A stretch of DNA of 48,633 nucleotides from positions 1 to 48,633 of the forward strand of contig JBNJDP010000005.1 of NCBI GenBank assembly GCA_051744985.1. Direction: 5' to 3'. Below, piece by piece: positions 1 through 10,436 of this stretch (its first letter is position 1; the number at the start of each line of letters is the position of its first letter). The translations under genes were made by a program, and so were the position numbers. The notes under the pieces are model-generated. The model searched no databases and was not told the DNA's origin. It worked only from the letters and a program-made list of their open reading frames with translations. The DNA is from Chlamydiota bacterium. Its GTDB lineage: Bacteria; Chlamydiota; Chlamydiia; Chlamydiales; JABHNK01.

Positions 1-15
1 TTTTGTGAAAAGAAC

Positions 16-44
16 TTGTCTTTTAATGGAAGGAAAGTTATTTT
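16..44 (+). promoter_or_regulatory. putative sigma70/sigma66-type promoter for rpmE2
   Basis: TTGTCT (16-21), 17-bp spacer, TATTTT (39-44), upstream of ATG 78. Confidence 0.4.
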
Positions 45-77
45 AGTAGTTTGAATTCGAAAGACGCGGAGATATTG

Positions 78-317
78 ATGAAAAAGAATATTCACCCTAA
101 ATATCAAAAAGTTTTGTTCGTGGATACAGCGACAGGAGCTAAATTCTTATGCGGCACTACTTTGGAAACAAAAGAAACAGAGATGTATGAAGGTAAGGAG
201 TATCCTGTTTATCGCGTTGCGGTAACTTCTGCTTCTCATCCTTTCTTTACTGGTAGCCAACAGTTTGTCGATTCCGAAGGACGGGTTGATAAATTTAGGA
301 AACGTTACGCTAAATAA
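78..317 (+). CDS. rpmE2: 50S ribosomal protein L31 type B (Zn-independent)
   Basis: MKKNIHPKY...SASHPFFTG...[10 protein letters not shown] motifs, no CxxC pairs; ATG 78 follows GGAG, preferred over the TTG at 51. Confidence 0.95.
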   Translation: MKKNIHPKYQKVLFVDTATGAKFLCGTTLETKETEMYEGKEYPVYRVAVTSASHPFFTGSQQFVDSEGRVDKFRKRYAK

Positions 318-389
318 ATCTTTAGCTATTGCTTGCAGATTTATTTGCGCGAAGTTGCTTAGGTGTGCCTGAGAGCTTTAAAAACTACT

Positions 390-421
390 GCCTCGCCATT
401 GTATGACGAGGTATTTTTTTT
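390..421 (+). terminator. Rho-independent terminator after rpmE2
   Basis: cctcgccat-tgt-atgacgagg stem (one mismatch) followed by an 8-T run. Confidence 0.65.
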
Positions 422-463
422 AATTATGATGCTGATCATTAATACAGCGGAAACATTATTCTT

Positions 464-1534
464 ATGGAAACAAAGATAAAAAATCTTTTGGGGCGTTTTT
501 CAGAGGTGGAAGCGGAACTTGGCAACCCTGAAGTCTTCAGCGACAAAAAAAAATATCGTCAACTAACTCAAGAACATGCCTATCTGAGTGAGATAAAAAA
601 AGTTTGGGAAGAGTTTCAAGCCTGTCAACAGGACCTCGAGGATAATGAAGAACTTTTGAGTGTTGAAGAAGATCCTGAGCTGGTGGCGGTTCTTAAAGAA
701 GATATTGCTAAGCTTGAAAAACATTTACCAGAATTGGAACAGCGTTTGTCGATACTCTTGGTGCCTCCTGATCCTCGAGATAATGCTAATACTATCTTAG
801 AAATAAGGGCAGGAACAGGTGGCGATGAAGCAGCCTTGTTTGTTGGTGATTGTGTTAGGATGTACCAGTTTTATGCCGATCATCAAGGCTGGAAGTATGA
901 GCACCTATCAAGTACTCCTTCGGAAGCAGGAGGGTATAAAGAATATATTATGGTTCTTTCAGGAAGTAATGTTTACCGTAAATTGCAATATGAAGGCGGC
1001 ACTCACCGTGTTCAACGGGTTCCTGCCACAGAATCTCAAGGACGTGTCCATACTTCAGCGATAACGGTCGCTGTTATGTTGGAGCCCGATGAGGAAGAAG
1101 ATTTTGATATCGATGATAAGGACTTGCGTATCGATACCCAAAGAGCTTCTGGCGCGGGAGGACAGCATGTTAACACCACAGATTCAGCAGTCAGGGTTAC
1201 CCATTTACCGACAGGTATCATCGCTTACTGTCAAGAAGAAAAAAGTCAGCATAAGAATAAGGAAAAGGCTCTTAGAATTCTTAAGGCACGAGTTATGGAA
1301 ATTGAGCGCGAAAAACAAGCCAAAGAAGAGGCTAGCATGCGCATGGCGCAGGTGGGCTCGGGAGATCGTTCCGAACGCATAAGGACCTATAACTTCCCTC
1401 AGAATCGATTGACAGACCACCGTATTAATTTAACTAAATACAACCTCGACAAAGTTATGGATGGCGACCTTGAAGACATCATCAGCGCCTTGGTTAATCA
1501 TTTCTACCAAAAGCAACTCCAAGAACAGCAATAA
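464..1534 (+). CDS. prfA: peptide chain release factor 1
   Basis: GGQ motif (GAGGQHVN), PAT tripeptide (RVPATE), RIRTYNFPQ; followed by prmC. Confidence 0.98.
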   Translation: METKIKNLLGRFSEVEAELGNPEVFSDKKKYRQLTQEHAYLSEIKKVWEEFQACQQDLEDNEELLSVEEDPELVAVLKEDIAKLEKHLPELEQRLSILLVPPDPRDNANTILEIRAGTGGDEAALFVGDCVRMYQFYADHQGWKYEHLSSTPSEAGGYKEYIMVLSGSNVYRKLQYEGGTHRVQRVPATESQGRVHTSAITVAVMLEPDEEEDFDIDDKDLRIDTQRASGAGGQHVNTTDSAVRVTHLPTGIIAYCQEEKSQHKNKEKALRILKARVMEIEREKQAKEEASMRMAQVGSGDRSERIRTYNFPQNRLTDHRINLTKYNLDKVMDGDLEDIISALVNHFYQKQLQEQQ

Positions 1535-1536
1535 CG

Positions 1537-2382
1537 ATGAAAAGCATCAAAGAGATTCTTGATCTTAGCGTAGATTTTTTGGAGCAAAAAGGTGTTGCCA
1601 ATCCCCGTCGTCAGGCTGAGGAGTTGCTTGGTGCTGTTTTGGGATGTCATAGGGTTGATTTATATATTAATTTTGACCGCCCTCTTAATGAAGATGAGCT
1701 TAAGCGCTCTAGGGAAGTTTTGGCGCGGCGCGGTCAACGAGAGCCTCTTCAATACATTTTGGGCGAAGTAGATTTTTACGGCTGCAATATAGCCGTTTCG
1801 TCAGCTGTTCTTATCCCTCGCCAGGAGACTGAGATTCTCGTCGATAATATTGTTCGGCAATTGTCGAGACAGGAAAGTTTGGAAGGTAAAGTTTTGTGGG
1901 ATGTGTGCTGCGGCTCTGGCTGTATTGGTATAGCTCTTAAAAAGGCTTTGCCTCAGCTCGAGGTGATGCTTTCCGATAACGACCCTCAAGCTTTGAAAAT
2001 AGCTCAAACCAATGCCGAATCTAATCAGGTAGAAGTTGAGATTTTACCAGGAGACTTCTTGGAACCTTTTCACGGCAGAAAGGCTGACTTTGTTGTGTGC
2101 AACCCTCCCTATATATCTGATGAAGAATATGCTAACCTCGACCCTGAAGTTAGAGAATATGAGCCAAAAGTATCTTTGGTGTCTGGAAGGACGGGCTTGG
2201 AGTTTTATCATCGCTTAGCAGAAGGTTTGCCTGAGCTTTTGAATGCCGGTGCTTTAGTGTGGCTAGAAATAGGATTTGACCAAGGAGCGCAGCTTCAGAA
2301 ACTCTTCTCGCAACCTCCTTGGCGTGAATGCTCTTTGTTGCAAGACTGGGCGGGCCATGATCGCTTTATCGCTCTTAAGTGA
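1537..2382 (+). CDS. prmC: release factor glutamine N5-methyltransferase
   Basis: EPLQYILG, LIPRQETE, DVCCGSG SAM motif, NPPY; adjacent to prfA. Confidence 0.96.
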   Translation: MKSIKEILDLSVDFLEQKGVANPRRQAEELLGAVLGCHRVDLYINFDRPLNEDELKRSREVLARRGQREPLQYILGEVDFYGCNIAVSSAVLIPRQETEILVDNIVRQLSRQESLEGKVLWDVCCGSGCIGIALKKALPQLEVMLSDNDPQALKIAQTNAESNQVEVEILPGDFLEPFHGRKADFVVCNPPYISDEEYANLDPEVREYEPKVSLVSGRTGLEFYHRLAEGLPELLNAGALVWLEIGFDQGAQLQKLFSQPPWRECSLLQDWAGHDRFIALK

Positions 2383-2443
2383 TGTCTCCCTGATCTTATT
2401 CTTTAGCTGGGAAACATCAAGGGTTAAATTCTGAGGTTTTTAC

Positions 2444-2472
2444 TTGATCGGGAATTATTTTTTCAGTAGACT
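2444..2472 (+). promoter_or_regulatory. putative sigma70/sigma66 promoter of the ffh-rpsP-trmD-rplS operon
   Basis: TTGATC (2444-2449), 17-bp spacer, TAGACT (2467-2472). Confidence 0.5.
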
Positions 2473-2547
2473 ATTCCCTTTAAAATTAGGCGTTTCTATT
2501 TTTGTTTTTAATAATATATAGCAATGCGAACCTAACATAGGTTATTG

Positions 2548-3879
2548 ATGTTTGGATCTTTATCGGAAAAAATGCAAGATGTCTTCTCAGGCTTAAGAGG
2601 GAAGAATAAACTTACCGAAGGCAATATCAATGACGCCGTTCGGCAAGTCCGTTTGGCGTTATTAGAAGCCGATGTTAATTATAGTGTTGCGAAAATTCTT
2701 ATAAAGAGAGTTAAAGAGAAAGCTCTGGGCGACAAAGTCTTAAAGTCCGTATCTCCAGGTCAGCAATTTATCAAAGTTATTCATGATGAGTTGGTAGACC
2801 TTATGGGAGGAGAAGAAGGTGAGCTCAACTTGGACGGTAAGCCCGCGGTTATTATGCTATGTGGCCTGCAGGGCTCAGGGAAGACTACTCTTAGCGTTAA
2901 GCTTGCCAAGTTTTTAAAGAAAAAAGATTATGCTAAAAAAACCCTGCTAGCAGCTTGTGACTTACAAAGACCCGCAGCTATTGAACAGCTAAAAGCTTTA
3001 GGTGAGCGTGCTGCTGTTGAAGTATTTTCTCTGCCTGGCGAGCAAGATCCCGTCAAGGTCGCTAAAGAAGCCCATAAATATGCTAAAGCTCAAGGTTATG
3101 ATGTTCTGGTCGTGGACACTGCAGGGCGCCTCCATATTGATGATGAGCTGATGAAGCAGCTTACCAAAATGAAAAAAGTCCTTGACCCTCAAGAGCTACT
3201 CTTTGTAGCCAATGCTGCTACCGGCCAAGATGCAGTCAACATTGCCGCTGAATTTAACAGTCAGATGGAAGTTACTGGCAATATCTTAACTATGCTAGAT
3301 AGTAATGTAAGGGGTGGGGCAGCGATCTCTATCAGAGAGGTTACTAAAAAACCTCTGAAATTTGAAGGTGTAGGGGAAAGGCTCGATGACCTCCAGGTTT
3401 TTAATCCTACCTCGATGGCTGACCGTATTCTTGGTATGGGTGACACCATCAATCTCGTCAAACATGCTCAAGAACATGTAGACGAAGATGAAGCTAAAAA
3501 ATTAGAAGCTAAATTGCGAAAAGCGCAATTCTCTTTCGATGATTATTTGAAACAGATGCAGACCATCAAAAAGATGGGCTCTCTAAAAAAATTAATGGGT
3601 ATGATGCCCGGCATGGGTAATCTCAAGGATATTGATGTCCCTGAAAAAGAATTTATAAAAGTCGAAGCTATTATACTTTCGATGACTCCTGACGAACGTC
3701 AAGGCAAAGCTGAGCTGGCAGTCAGTCGTCGCAAACGTATAGCTAAAGGCAGTGGAACCAAGATTGAAGATATAAATAAATTGATAAAGTCCTTTAAAAG
3801 GGCAAAACAGTTTTTTAAGAAAATGCCAAATATGAAACAACTAGAAAAGATGATGGGAGGTTCATTACCATGGCGCTAA
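2548..3879 (+). CDS. ffh: signal recognition particle protein Ffh
   Basis: [21 protein letters not shown], Met-rich M domain; ATG 2548 chosen over TTG 2545. Confidence 0.98.
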   Translation: MFGSLSEKMQDVFSGLRGKNKLTEGNINDAVRQVRLALLEADVNYSVAKILIKRVKEKALGDKVLKSVSPGQQFIKVIHDELVDLMGGEEGELNLDGKPAVIMLCGLQGSGKTTLSVKLAKFLKKKDYAKKTLLAACDLQRPAAIEQLKALGERAAVEVFSLPGEQDPVKVAKEAHKYAKAQGYDVLVVDTAGRLHIDDELMKQLTKMKKVLDPQELLFVANAATGQDAVNIAAEFNSQMEVTGNILTMLDSNVRGGAAISIREVTKKPLKFEGVGERLDDLQVFNPTSMADRILGMGDTINLVKHAQEHVDEDEAKKLEAKLRKAQFSFDDYLKQMQTIKKMGSLKKLMGMMPGMGNLKDIDVPEKEFIKVEAIILSMTPDERQGKAELAVSRRKRIAKGSGTKIEDINKLIKSFKRAKQFFKKMPNMKQLEKMMGGSLPWR

Positions 3880-4205
3880 AAATACGGTTAAGAAGACAAG
3901 GCCGTTCCAATCGTCCCTTTTATCGTATCGTCGTTGCTGACATACGTGAACGTCGCGATGGAAAATATATAGAAGCAATAGGCTGGTATAATCCTATTGA
4001 AAAAGACGAAGCTAAAACTTTGTATATTGACAATGACCGTGCTAGCCATTGGCTAAAAGCTGGTGCTCAGCCTACTGAAAAGGCTTGGCATTTGCTATCT
4101 AATGGTGCTCCTGAAGTGGTTAAAGAACACCACGAACAGAAGCAAGCTCGCAAAGTAGCGCAAGCTGCTAAGCGCCGCGAAGCCCGTCATACCGAGCAAA
4201 AGTAA
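3870..4205 (+). CDS. rpsP: 30S ribosomal protein S16
   Basis: [11 protein letters not shown]...PFYRIVVAD...RDGKYIE.IG.YNP; overlaps the ffh stop by 10 nt. Confidence 0.97.
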   Translation: MALKIRLRRQGRSNRPFYRIVVADIRERRDGKYIEAIGWYNPIEKDEAKTLYIDNDRASHWLKAGAQPTEKAWHLLSNGAPEVVKEHHEQKQARKVAQAAKRREARHTEQK

Positions 4206-4223
4206 GAACGCTTAGGAATCAGG

Positions 4224-4904
4224 ATGCTCATCGATATCTTGTCGTTATTTCCTGCCTATTTTCAAGGGCCTTTTGATGAGAGTATCATCAAAAGGGCTCG
4301 TGATAAGGGCTTGTTGAATATTAGACATACTGATATCAGGGGCTTCACTGATAATAAGCATAACCGAGTTGATGATCGCCCCTATGGGGGTGGACCAGGA
4401 ATGGTGATGATGGCCGATCCGGTAGTGAAAGCTGTGCGGAGCGTAAGTGATGAGAGTTCTAGAGTTATCCACCTTTCACCACAAGGTAAAAGTTTGGATG
4501 CCCAAAAAGCTCGTCAACTAGCTAATAATGATCACTTGGTTTTACTTTGTGGACACTATGAAGGTATTGATCAAAGAGCTCTAGATCTCGTAGTTGATGA
4601 AGAGGTCAGCATCGGAGATTATGTTTTAACAAATGGTTGCCTAGCAGCTATAGTGCTTTTAGATGCTGTAGCACGCTTTGTCCCCGGAGTGTTAGGCGAT
4701 GAAAATGCTGCCAATCAAGATTCTTTCGAAGAAGGAATCTTGGATTGTCCCCACTATACACGACCACCAGTTTTTGAAGGGCTTCAAGTGCCTGAAGTGC
4801 TGCTGGGCGGCAACCATCAGGAAATAAAAAAATGGCGGCATGCAGCGGCTTTGCAAAAAACCGCTCGTATCCGTCCAGACTTAATCGGAGAAAAAATACA
4901 ATGA
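4224..4904 (+). CDS. trmD: tRNA (guanine37-N1)-methyltransferase
   Basis: [36 protein letters not shown]. Confidence 0.98.
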   Translation: MLIDILSLFPAYFQGPFDESIIKRARDKGLLNIRHTDIRGFTDNKHNRVDDRPYGGGPGMVMMADPVVKAVRSVSDESSRVIHLSPQGKSLDAQKARQLANNDHLVLLCGHYEGIDQRALDLVVDEEVSIGDYVLTNGCLAAIVLLDAVARFVPGVLGDENAANQDSFEEGILDCPHYTRPPVFEGLQVPEVLLGGNHQEIKKWRHAAALQKTARIRPDLIGEKIQ

Positions 4905-5347
4905 GCAAGAGCGCATTAGTACAAAAGTTGGAAGAACGCCAATTGCGCCAAGATATCCCTGCTTTTAATGTAGGTGATACTGTGAGCGTAGATGTACGTA
5001 TTATCGAAGGTGGTAAAGAGAGAATTCAGGTATTTACCGGTACTGTTATTGCCCGTAAAGGTTATGGCCTCTCAGAGACTTTCACCTTGCATAGGATAGC
5101 TTACGGTGAAGGTATGGAGCGTGTTTTTCTGCTACATAGCCCTCGCGTTGCTAAAATTGAATTGGTTCGTAAAGGTAAAGCTCGCCGAGCTAAATTATAC
5201 AACTTGCGTGGCAAATACGGTAAGGCTGCTAAAGTTAAAGGACTTTACGAAGGACGTCGCAAGGTTCAGAAGCCTGTTACTAAAGTTTCTACTGCTAAAA
5301 AGAGTGTTGAAGCAAAGGCTACAGGTGACTCCTCCTCAGCAGAGTAG
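4901..5347 (+). CDS. rplS: 50S ribosomal protein L19
   Basis: PAFNVGDTV...[10 protein letters not shown]...GMERVF...RRAKLY; ATG 4901 forms an ATGA overlap with trmD; the ORF-track start at 4832 is too long. Confidence 0.96.
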   Translation: MSKSALVQKLEERQLRQDIPAFNVGDTVSVDVRIIEGGKERIQVFTGTVIARKGYGLSETFTLHRIAYGEGMERVFLLHSPRVAKIELVRKGKARRAKLYNLRGKYGKAAKVKGLYEGRRKVQKPVTKVSTAKKSVEAKATGDSSSAE

Positions 5348-5972
5348 TTCCCTGCCATTGACGAGCTTCGAAGACGAAGCTCGTCAACAAGGCTTTCTGC
5401 GTATCGCGGGAGTTGACGAGGTTGGACGTGGTCCACTAGCTGGTCCTGTAGTAGCTGCTGCATGCATTGTCCCCGAGGGAATGGTATTGCATGGTGTTGG
5501 CGACAGTAAAAAACTAACTCCTCGATGCCGTAAAGAAGTTTTTCAGGATATTAAAGATAATCCCCACATAAACTGGGGGATAGGTGTTGTTTCTCATCAA
5601 ATTATTGATGAAATTAACATCCTCCAAGCTACTATCAGAGCTATGCAGATAGCTGTTGAGGCTTTGGATGACCCTCATTTTTTATTAGTCGACGGCACGG
5701 TAGATCTTTCACACCTCTCTGTTCCTTCGCGATCAATTATTAAAGGCGACAGCCTTTCTCAATCGATTGCTGCGGCATCGATTATCGCCAAAGAGATCCG
5801 TGATAGTATTATGGAAGAATACCATCATCGGTGGCCTTATTATGATTTTATTAAACATAAAGGGTATCCTACTAAAAAGCATCGTGAGATGCTTGAGCAA
5901 TATGGACCCTCATCAATTCATCGCAAAAGCTTTCAACCTGTAAAATCTATAGCAAAGAGGAGTTTATTATGA
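5325..5972 (+). CDS. rnhB: ribonuclease HII
   Basis: [45 protein letters not shown]; start uncertain (GTG 5325 or TTG 5358). Confidence 0.95.
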   Translation: MTPPQQSSSLPLTSFEDEARQQGFLRIAGVDEVGRGPLAGPVVAAACIVPEGMVLHGVGDSKKLTPRCRKEVFQDIKDNPHINWGIGVVSHQIIDEINILQATIRAMQIAVEALDDPHFLLVDGTVDLSHLSVPSRSIIKGDSLSQSIAAASIIAKEIRDSIMEEYHHRWPYYDFIKHKGYPTKKHREMLEQYGPSSIHRKSFQPVKSIAKRSLL

Positions 5973-6793
5973 AAATATTTGTCGATAGCGCTGACATCGA
6001 AGAAATTAGACAGGCTTATCAGTGGGGTATTGCTGATGGGGTAACTACTAACCCTAGCTTATTGAAAAAAGCTGTAGATAAAAAAGTTGCTGCAGGGGAA
6101 GACCTCGACCTTGCCAGTTATATTACAGAAATTTTGGAAGTGGCCGAAGGTACACCGGTAAGTTTGGAAGTTACTGCTACTTCTGCTGAAAAGATGGTCG
6201 AGCAAGGTAAGAATCTTTATCATACTTTTAATTCAGTGGCAGGCAACGTCTATATAAAAATACCCGTTAACCCTTCTTTCAGCACTGAAGATACTACGCA
6301 GTTTGATGGTATTAGGGCTATCAAAGAACTTAAGGCTGAGGGTATCCCTGTTAACTGCACCTTGGTTTTTACTCCTGAGCAAGCTTTGTTGGCAGCTAAG
6401 GCAGGTGCTGATTTTGTAAGCCCTTTTGCTGGCAGGGTCGATGATGATTTACGCTCTAGCTATGATATCTTTTTTGAAAAGACCGAATACTATCCTCAGG
6501 AAGGCTTGGAGATCGATGAAGAGTTAGTAGAAGATAACGGTGTTGTCTCTGGAGTTGATCTTGTCGAACAGTGTGTTGATCTTATTAATTACTACGGATT
6601 TTCTACCGAGGTTTTAGCAGCTTCATTGCGTAACACTCGCCAAGTTCGAGAAGCGGCTTTGGTGGGAGCAGATATTGCTACTCTGCCGTTTGGAGTTGTC
6701 AAAGCTATGTTGGAACACCATAAAACATACGAAGGTATGGAGCTTTTTACTAGAGATACCGTCGCTGAATATGACGACCTCTGTAATGGCTAA
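5969..6793 (+). CDS. tal: transaldolase (small Tal/FSA-fold type with insertions)
   Basis: GVTTNPSL, VSLEV (Glu), YIKIP (Schiff-base Lys), NCTLVF, VSPFAGR (Phe), AASLR; the Glu+Phe combination indicates transaldolase rather than FSA. Confidence 0.85.
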   Translation: MKIFVDSADIEEIRQAYQWGIADGVTTNPSLLKKAVDKKVAAGEDLDLASYITEILEVAEGTPVSLEVTATSAEKMVEQGKNLYHTFNSVAGNVYIKIPVNPSFSTEDTTQFDGIRAIKELKAEGIPVNCTLVFTPEQALLAAKAGADFVSPFAGRVDDDLRSSYDIFFEKTEYYPQEGLEIDEELVEDNGVVSGVDLVEQCVDLINYYGFSTEVLAASLRNTRQVREAALVGADIATLPFGVVKAMLEHHKTYEGMELFTRDTVAEYDDLCNG

Positions 6794-6803
6794 CCTTTCC
6801 TTA

Positions 6804-6834
6804 TAATACCATTTATTAAAAATAAATGGTATTA
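6804..6834. terminator. likely bidirectional terminator hairpin between convergent genes
   Basis: perfect 14-bp inverted repeat taataccatttatt-aaa-aataaatggtatta. Confidence 0.6.
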
Positions 6835-7329
6835 ACCAACAGTTAAGCGGTTAACAATACAATCAGAGTGACGGAAATTCCTTGCTAATTCTGCAGGAGT
6901 GTGGCCAGCATCGTTGCGAGCCTCTAGCAACTCTCTAATATCGATGTATCTTATGGCAAGGAATTCTACCAGGTAATCCAGGTTGTCAGCTAAATCATAA
7001 AAGCCTGCCAAGTCTTTTTCGCTGTCGCGCTCAGCATAGCTTATATTAAAAGGGAGGCGTGCAAATAAATAGTGAATAACCTTACTGCCATTATGCTCTT
7101 GAGAAAGACTCTCTATTAGTAGCGATCGATTTCCATATTCAGCATGTACTTTTAAGCAATCGACGAGATGTAAGTACGTTTCTTGTGCTCTGTATTCATC
7201 ATATTCTTTAACAACATCGAGTATATGTTGGCTTGAAGGAGGGGTTTCGACAAGTTTCCTTTGAGGGGGTTCAAAAAAAGGTTTGTCTTCAAAGACAGTA
7301 GGTAAACGGGGATAGAAAGTAGAGCGCAT
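6832..7329 (-). CDS. hypothetical protein with a C-terminal ankyrin-like repeat
   Basis: 165-aa ORF 15 nt downstream of the NUDIX gene; LLEARNDAGHTPAELAR resembles the ankyrin consensus. Confidence 0.6.
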   Translation of the reverse strand: MRSTFYPRLPTVFEDKPFFEPPQRKLVETPPSSQHILDVVKEYDEYRAQETYLHLVDCLKVHAEYGNRSLLIESLSQEHNGSKVIHYLFARLPFNISYAERDSEKDLAGFYDLADNLDYLVEFLAIRYIDIRELLEARNDAGHTPAELARNFRHSDCIVNRLTVG

Positions 7330-7344
7330 AGTTTATTTACAGCT

Positions 7345-7881
7345 TTATAATATGTTGTTGAGCTTGGCTTGCCCGTAGGCAGCAATAGTTTTTACATCGC
7401 TTATCTTTCCTTCACGGATACTATCTTCAAAGTCTTCAATAGTCATCTCGATAACTTCAATGATCTCGTCTTCTTCCTCTTGACCTTCGGCAGGTTCTAG
7501 ACCACAGGCATAAAAACAGTGGATAATTTCGTCGCTAAAGCCGGGAGTGGTATAAATTTTACCTATGGCTTTCCAGTAGTTGGCACTCATCTTTATCTCT
7601 TCTTTCATCTCACGTTGAGCACAAGCCAAAGGTGCCTCTTCGGAGTTGTCCAAAGTGCCAGCAGGGAACTCTAAAAGATACTCTTGAACAGCTTCGCGGT
7701 ACTGTTTAACCAAAATTAGGTTTCCTGCACTATTTTGAGGGATAAAAACCGCGGCTCCGGGATGACGCACAATATATCGCGAAATCTGAAGACCCGTAGG
7801 TTGTAGGAATTGACATTCATCGACAGAGAAAAGGGGATTACGATGAACTTGTTGGGAATCTAATAATTTGTAATCTCCCAT
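7345..7881 (-). CDS. NUDIX hydrolase, ADP-ribose pyrophosphatase (NudF)-like
   Basis: VRHPGAA, LVKQYR, LLEFPAG, Nudix box G...E...REMKEE, YTTPGFSDE, ISDVKT. Confidence 0.88.
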   Translation of the reverse strand: MGDYKLLDSQQVHRNPLFSVDECQFLQPTGLQISRYIVRHPGAAVFIPQNSAGNLILVKQYREAVQEYLLEFPAGTLDNSEEAPLACAQREMKEEIKMSANYWKAIGKIYTTPGFSDEIIHCFYACGLEPAEGQEEEDEIIEVIEMTIEDFEDSIREGKISDVKTIAAYGQAKLNNIL

Positions 7882-7985
7882 AGATGGAGTCCTTTGCTTT
7901 TAAAATAGACCTTATGCCTAAGAAGATTAGCGCCTAAGGTGGGATGTAAGTATTTTTTTAACTATGATACTATTTTTAGTTTAGA

Positions 7986-8015
7986 TTGACAAACCTTAAT
8001 TTTTCATGGTACGAT
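7986..8015 (+). promoter_or_regulatory. putative strong sigma70/sigma66 promoter for the yicC-gmk-omega-metG operon
   Basis: TTGACA (7986-7991), 18-bp spacer containing extended -10 TG, TACGAT (8010-8015). Confidence 0.6.
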
Positions 8016-8060
8016 ACGCCTTTCTTTTACTATATTAATTTAGCATCATAGGATTTGTTG

Positions 8061-8951
8061 ATGATTAGGGGTATGACAGGATACGGTCGTGCAGAAGTTT
8101 CTGCGTCTGCTGCCCGCTTTGTAGTGGAAATTCGCTCTGTTAACAAAAAACACTTGGATACTCAGGTGATACTTCCTAAGGAATTGACATGTTTTGAAGT
8201 CGAGGTAAAAAAGCGTTTTATTGCAGCCATGGGAAGGGGAAGCGTTAACTGTTTTATTACAGCTTCTTATGAAAGACAATCACCCGTAACCGTTCAACTT
8301 AACTTGCCGCTTGTAAGGCAATTAAAAAAGTGCTGGGAAGAGCTCGCGGATGAATTGGGTGAAAAATTTACTCCCCAGCTTGCTGCTGATATATTAAGAA
8401 AAGATAATATGTTGCTGTCCTTTCAAACCGATATAAGTGATAGCGAAGTTTACCGGCAGCCTTTGTTAGACGCTGTAGATCAAGCTCTTAAAAATGTTAA
8501 TGCTATGAAGGAGCAAGAGGGTTTGATGCTTTATCGGGATATTGAGTCACGCCTCAACATCCTTGAAGAGCTTATTGTTAAGATCGAAAATGATAGCTCC
8601 GACGCTACAGAAAAATATCGCCAAAAGCTCCACAGCCGCCTTCAGGAGCTTTTTGAAGGTGTTAATACCGATCTTGAAGAAAGAGTTTTGCGGGAGGTCG
8701 CTATTTACGCTGAACGGGTGGACATCGCGGAAGAAATTACCCGCTTTAAAGGTGCTTTGACCCATTTCCGTGAGCAAGTCGAAAATGCTACAGGATCGGT
8801 AGGCAAAACTTTGGATTTTATTGTCCAGGAGCTTAATAGAGAAATTAATACTATAGGCTCTAAGTCTTCTAATAGCCGAATTTCTCATAAGGTCGTTGAA
8901 GCCAAAGCAGAGTTAGAAAGAATTAGAGAACAGCTGCAAAACGTAGAATGA
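8061..8951 (+). CDS. yicC: YicC/YloC family endoribonuclease
   Basis: MTGYGR, EIRSVN, DIAEEITR, GKTLDFIVQELNREINTIGSK, REQLQNVE; canonical position upstream of gmk. Confidence 0.93.
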   Translation: MIRGMTGYGRAEVSASAARFVVEIRSVNKKHLDTQVILPKELTCFEVEVKKRFIAAMGRGSVNCFITASYERQSPVTVQLNLPLVRQLKKCWEELADELGEKFTPQLAADILRKDNMLLSFQTDISDSEVYRQPLLDAVDQALKNVNAMKEQEGLMLYRDIESRLNILEELIVKIENDSSDATEKYRQKLHSRLQELFEGVNTDLEERVLREVAIYAERVDIAEEITRFKGALTHFREQVENATGSVGKTLDFIVQELNREINTIGSKSSNSRISHKVVEAKAELERIREQLQNVE

Positions 8952-9556
8952 GCCAGAAATTACTAGGAAACTTAGATCAAGGTATTGCTTTTGTTTTGAG
9001 TGCTCCAGCAGGCACAGGGAAAAATACTCTCCTATATCGGTTGATGGATGAGTATGATTGCGTCCAGGAAAGTGTTTCTTGTACAACACGCCCCAAGCGC
9101 CCAGGAGAGATTGATGGTGTTCATTACAACTTCCTGTCTCGTGAAGATTTCGAAAACAAAATCGTCGCGAGAGAGTTTTTGGAGTATGCTCAAGTTTTTG
9201 GCAAGCATTATTATGGTACATTGCGCGAAGAAGTCTTGAGAAAGACCCGCCAAGGTAAGCACGTTTTTATGGTTATCGATGTCAAGGGAGCTCAACAGGT
9301 AAGAGAGCGTTTTCCTCAAGCGGTTTTTGTTTTTATTAGTCCTCCTTCTTTAGAGGAAGCTCGCCGCCGTTTAGAAGGCAGACATACTGAACCTTCGGAA
9401 GTTATTGATAAGCGTATCAAAGAAGCTTTTCATGAGATGAAGTTTGTTGTAGACTATGATTATAATATCCTCAACGATGACCTAGAAGTTGCTTATCAAG
9501 TCTTTAAGAGCGTAGTTGTCGCTGAAGAATATAAAATTAGAAATTATCATAACTAG
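8948..9556 (+). CDS. gmk: guanylate kinase
   Basis: SAPAGTGK P-loop, SCTTRPKRPGEIDGVHY, YYGT, IDVKG. Confidence 0.97.
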   Translation: MSQKLLGNLDQGIAFVLSAPAGTGKNTLLYRLMDEYDCVQESVSCTTRPKRPGEIDGVHYNFLSREDFENKIVAREFLEYAQVFGKHYYGTLREEVLRKTRQGKHVFMVIDVKGAQQVRERFPQAVFVFISPPSLEEARRRLEGRHTEPSEVIDKRIKEAFHEMKFVVDYDYNILNDDLEVAYQVFKSVVVAEEYKIRNYHN

Positions 9557-9567
9557 GAGAAAAATTA

Positions 9568-9870
9568 ATGGTTTATTTGAAAGATCTGATGACTACTGAG
9601 ATGTTGCGTAAAAAGTTCAACAGCTCTTTTGCTTTGGTTAACTATGCCATCGCTTTGTCGCATAACATCATCAAAACAGGCAGACCTTCTAAAGCTGCTT
9701 ATAAGTATGAAAACCCTGCCTTGATAGCCTTAGAAGAAATTATCGAAGGTGTTGATGAATTGGTGGAATTCGAAGATGAAGATGAAAACCAAGCTCTCCA
9801 AGAAGCTAGAGAGGCTATGGCTAAAAAAGGCCTAGAAATTGCCAATGCTGGTATCTCCGGACACAAATAA
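9568..9870 (+). CDS. rpoZ: probable RNA polymerase omega subunit (chlamydial type)
   Basis: 100 aa directly after gmk; KKFNSSFALVNYAI and ALIALEEI resemble omega CR1 and CR3. Confidence 0.65.
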   Translation: MVYLKDLMTTEMLRKKFNSSFALVNYAIALSHNIIKTGRPSKAAYKYENPALIALEEIIEGVDELVEFEDEDENQALQEAREAMAKKGLEIANAGISGHK

Positions 9871-9875
9871 CTTCG

Positions 9876-10436
9876 ATGGTTAACCTCGCATCGACCCTCT
9901 TTTTGATTAGCTTATCATTGGCTACAGTAGCTCTCGTGGTAGGGCTTTTCTGGGGAGCTAGATGGATGGTCAAGCGACCAGGGGGTGTTAGTCCTTATGG
10001 CGGAGGGCAGATGTTGCGGGGGACAGAATTGTCTATGGCTGCTATCAAAAAAATTGATCATTATCTTACTAGATTTGAATCCGACGCCAATCCTAACCTC
10101 GAATTTTCTAAGGCAGCAGTATGCAAGAAAACAGGTAGAGTGTTCCCTAATGCTACGACATTTTGGGGTATTATTATTGTAGGGCGCAACTTTTTAGCTA
10201 GGCGATACCCTGGGGATTATAAAGCTTGGGAAACCTTGACAGTAGATGAACAGGAAGATATCCGTAAGTCCCACGATACCTTCGATGATTACAATCTAGA
10301 CTACCCTGATACCGAGAAGCCGGGGCCTCTTTATGTAGATATGAAAACAAAAACTCTTCTAGGCTGGCAATGTGTGCCTGATACTGTTTTGGAAGTGATG
10401 ATAGTCCAGAAATCGCAAAATAGGAACGATCGATGA
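9876..10436 (+). CDS. hypothetical protein with an N-terminal membrane anchor
   Basis: hydrophobic residues ~4-29; ATGA overlap with metG. Confidence 0.7.
   Translation: MVNLASTLFLISLSLATVALVVGLFWGARWMVKRPGGVSPYGGGQMLRGTELSMAAIKKIDHYLTRFESDANPNLEFSKAAVCKKTGRVFPNATTFWGIIIVGRNFLARRYPGDYKAWETLTVDEQEDIRKSHDTFDDYNLDYPDTEKPGPLYVDMKTKTLLGWQCVPDTVLEVMIVQKSQNRNDR

Noticed and set aside
2380-2419. Inverted repeat tgatgtctccc...gggaaacatca after prmC as a terminator or SRP RNA
   Set aside because: 18-nt loop, no U-tract and no SRP RNA domain IV motif; too weak to call
4832-5324. Extended N-termini of rplS (from 4832) and rnhB (from 5106) in the ORF track
   Set aside because: They overlap trmD and rplS extensively, and family similarity starts only at the downstream starts
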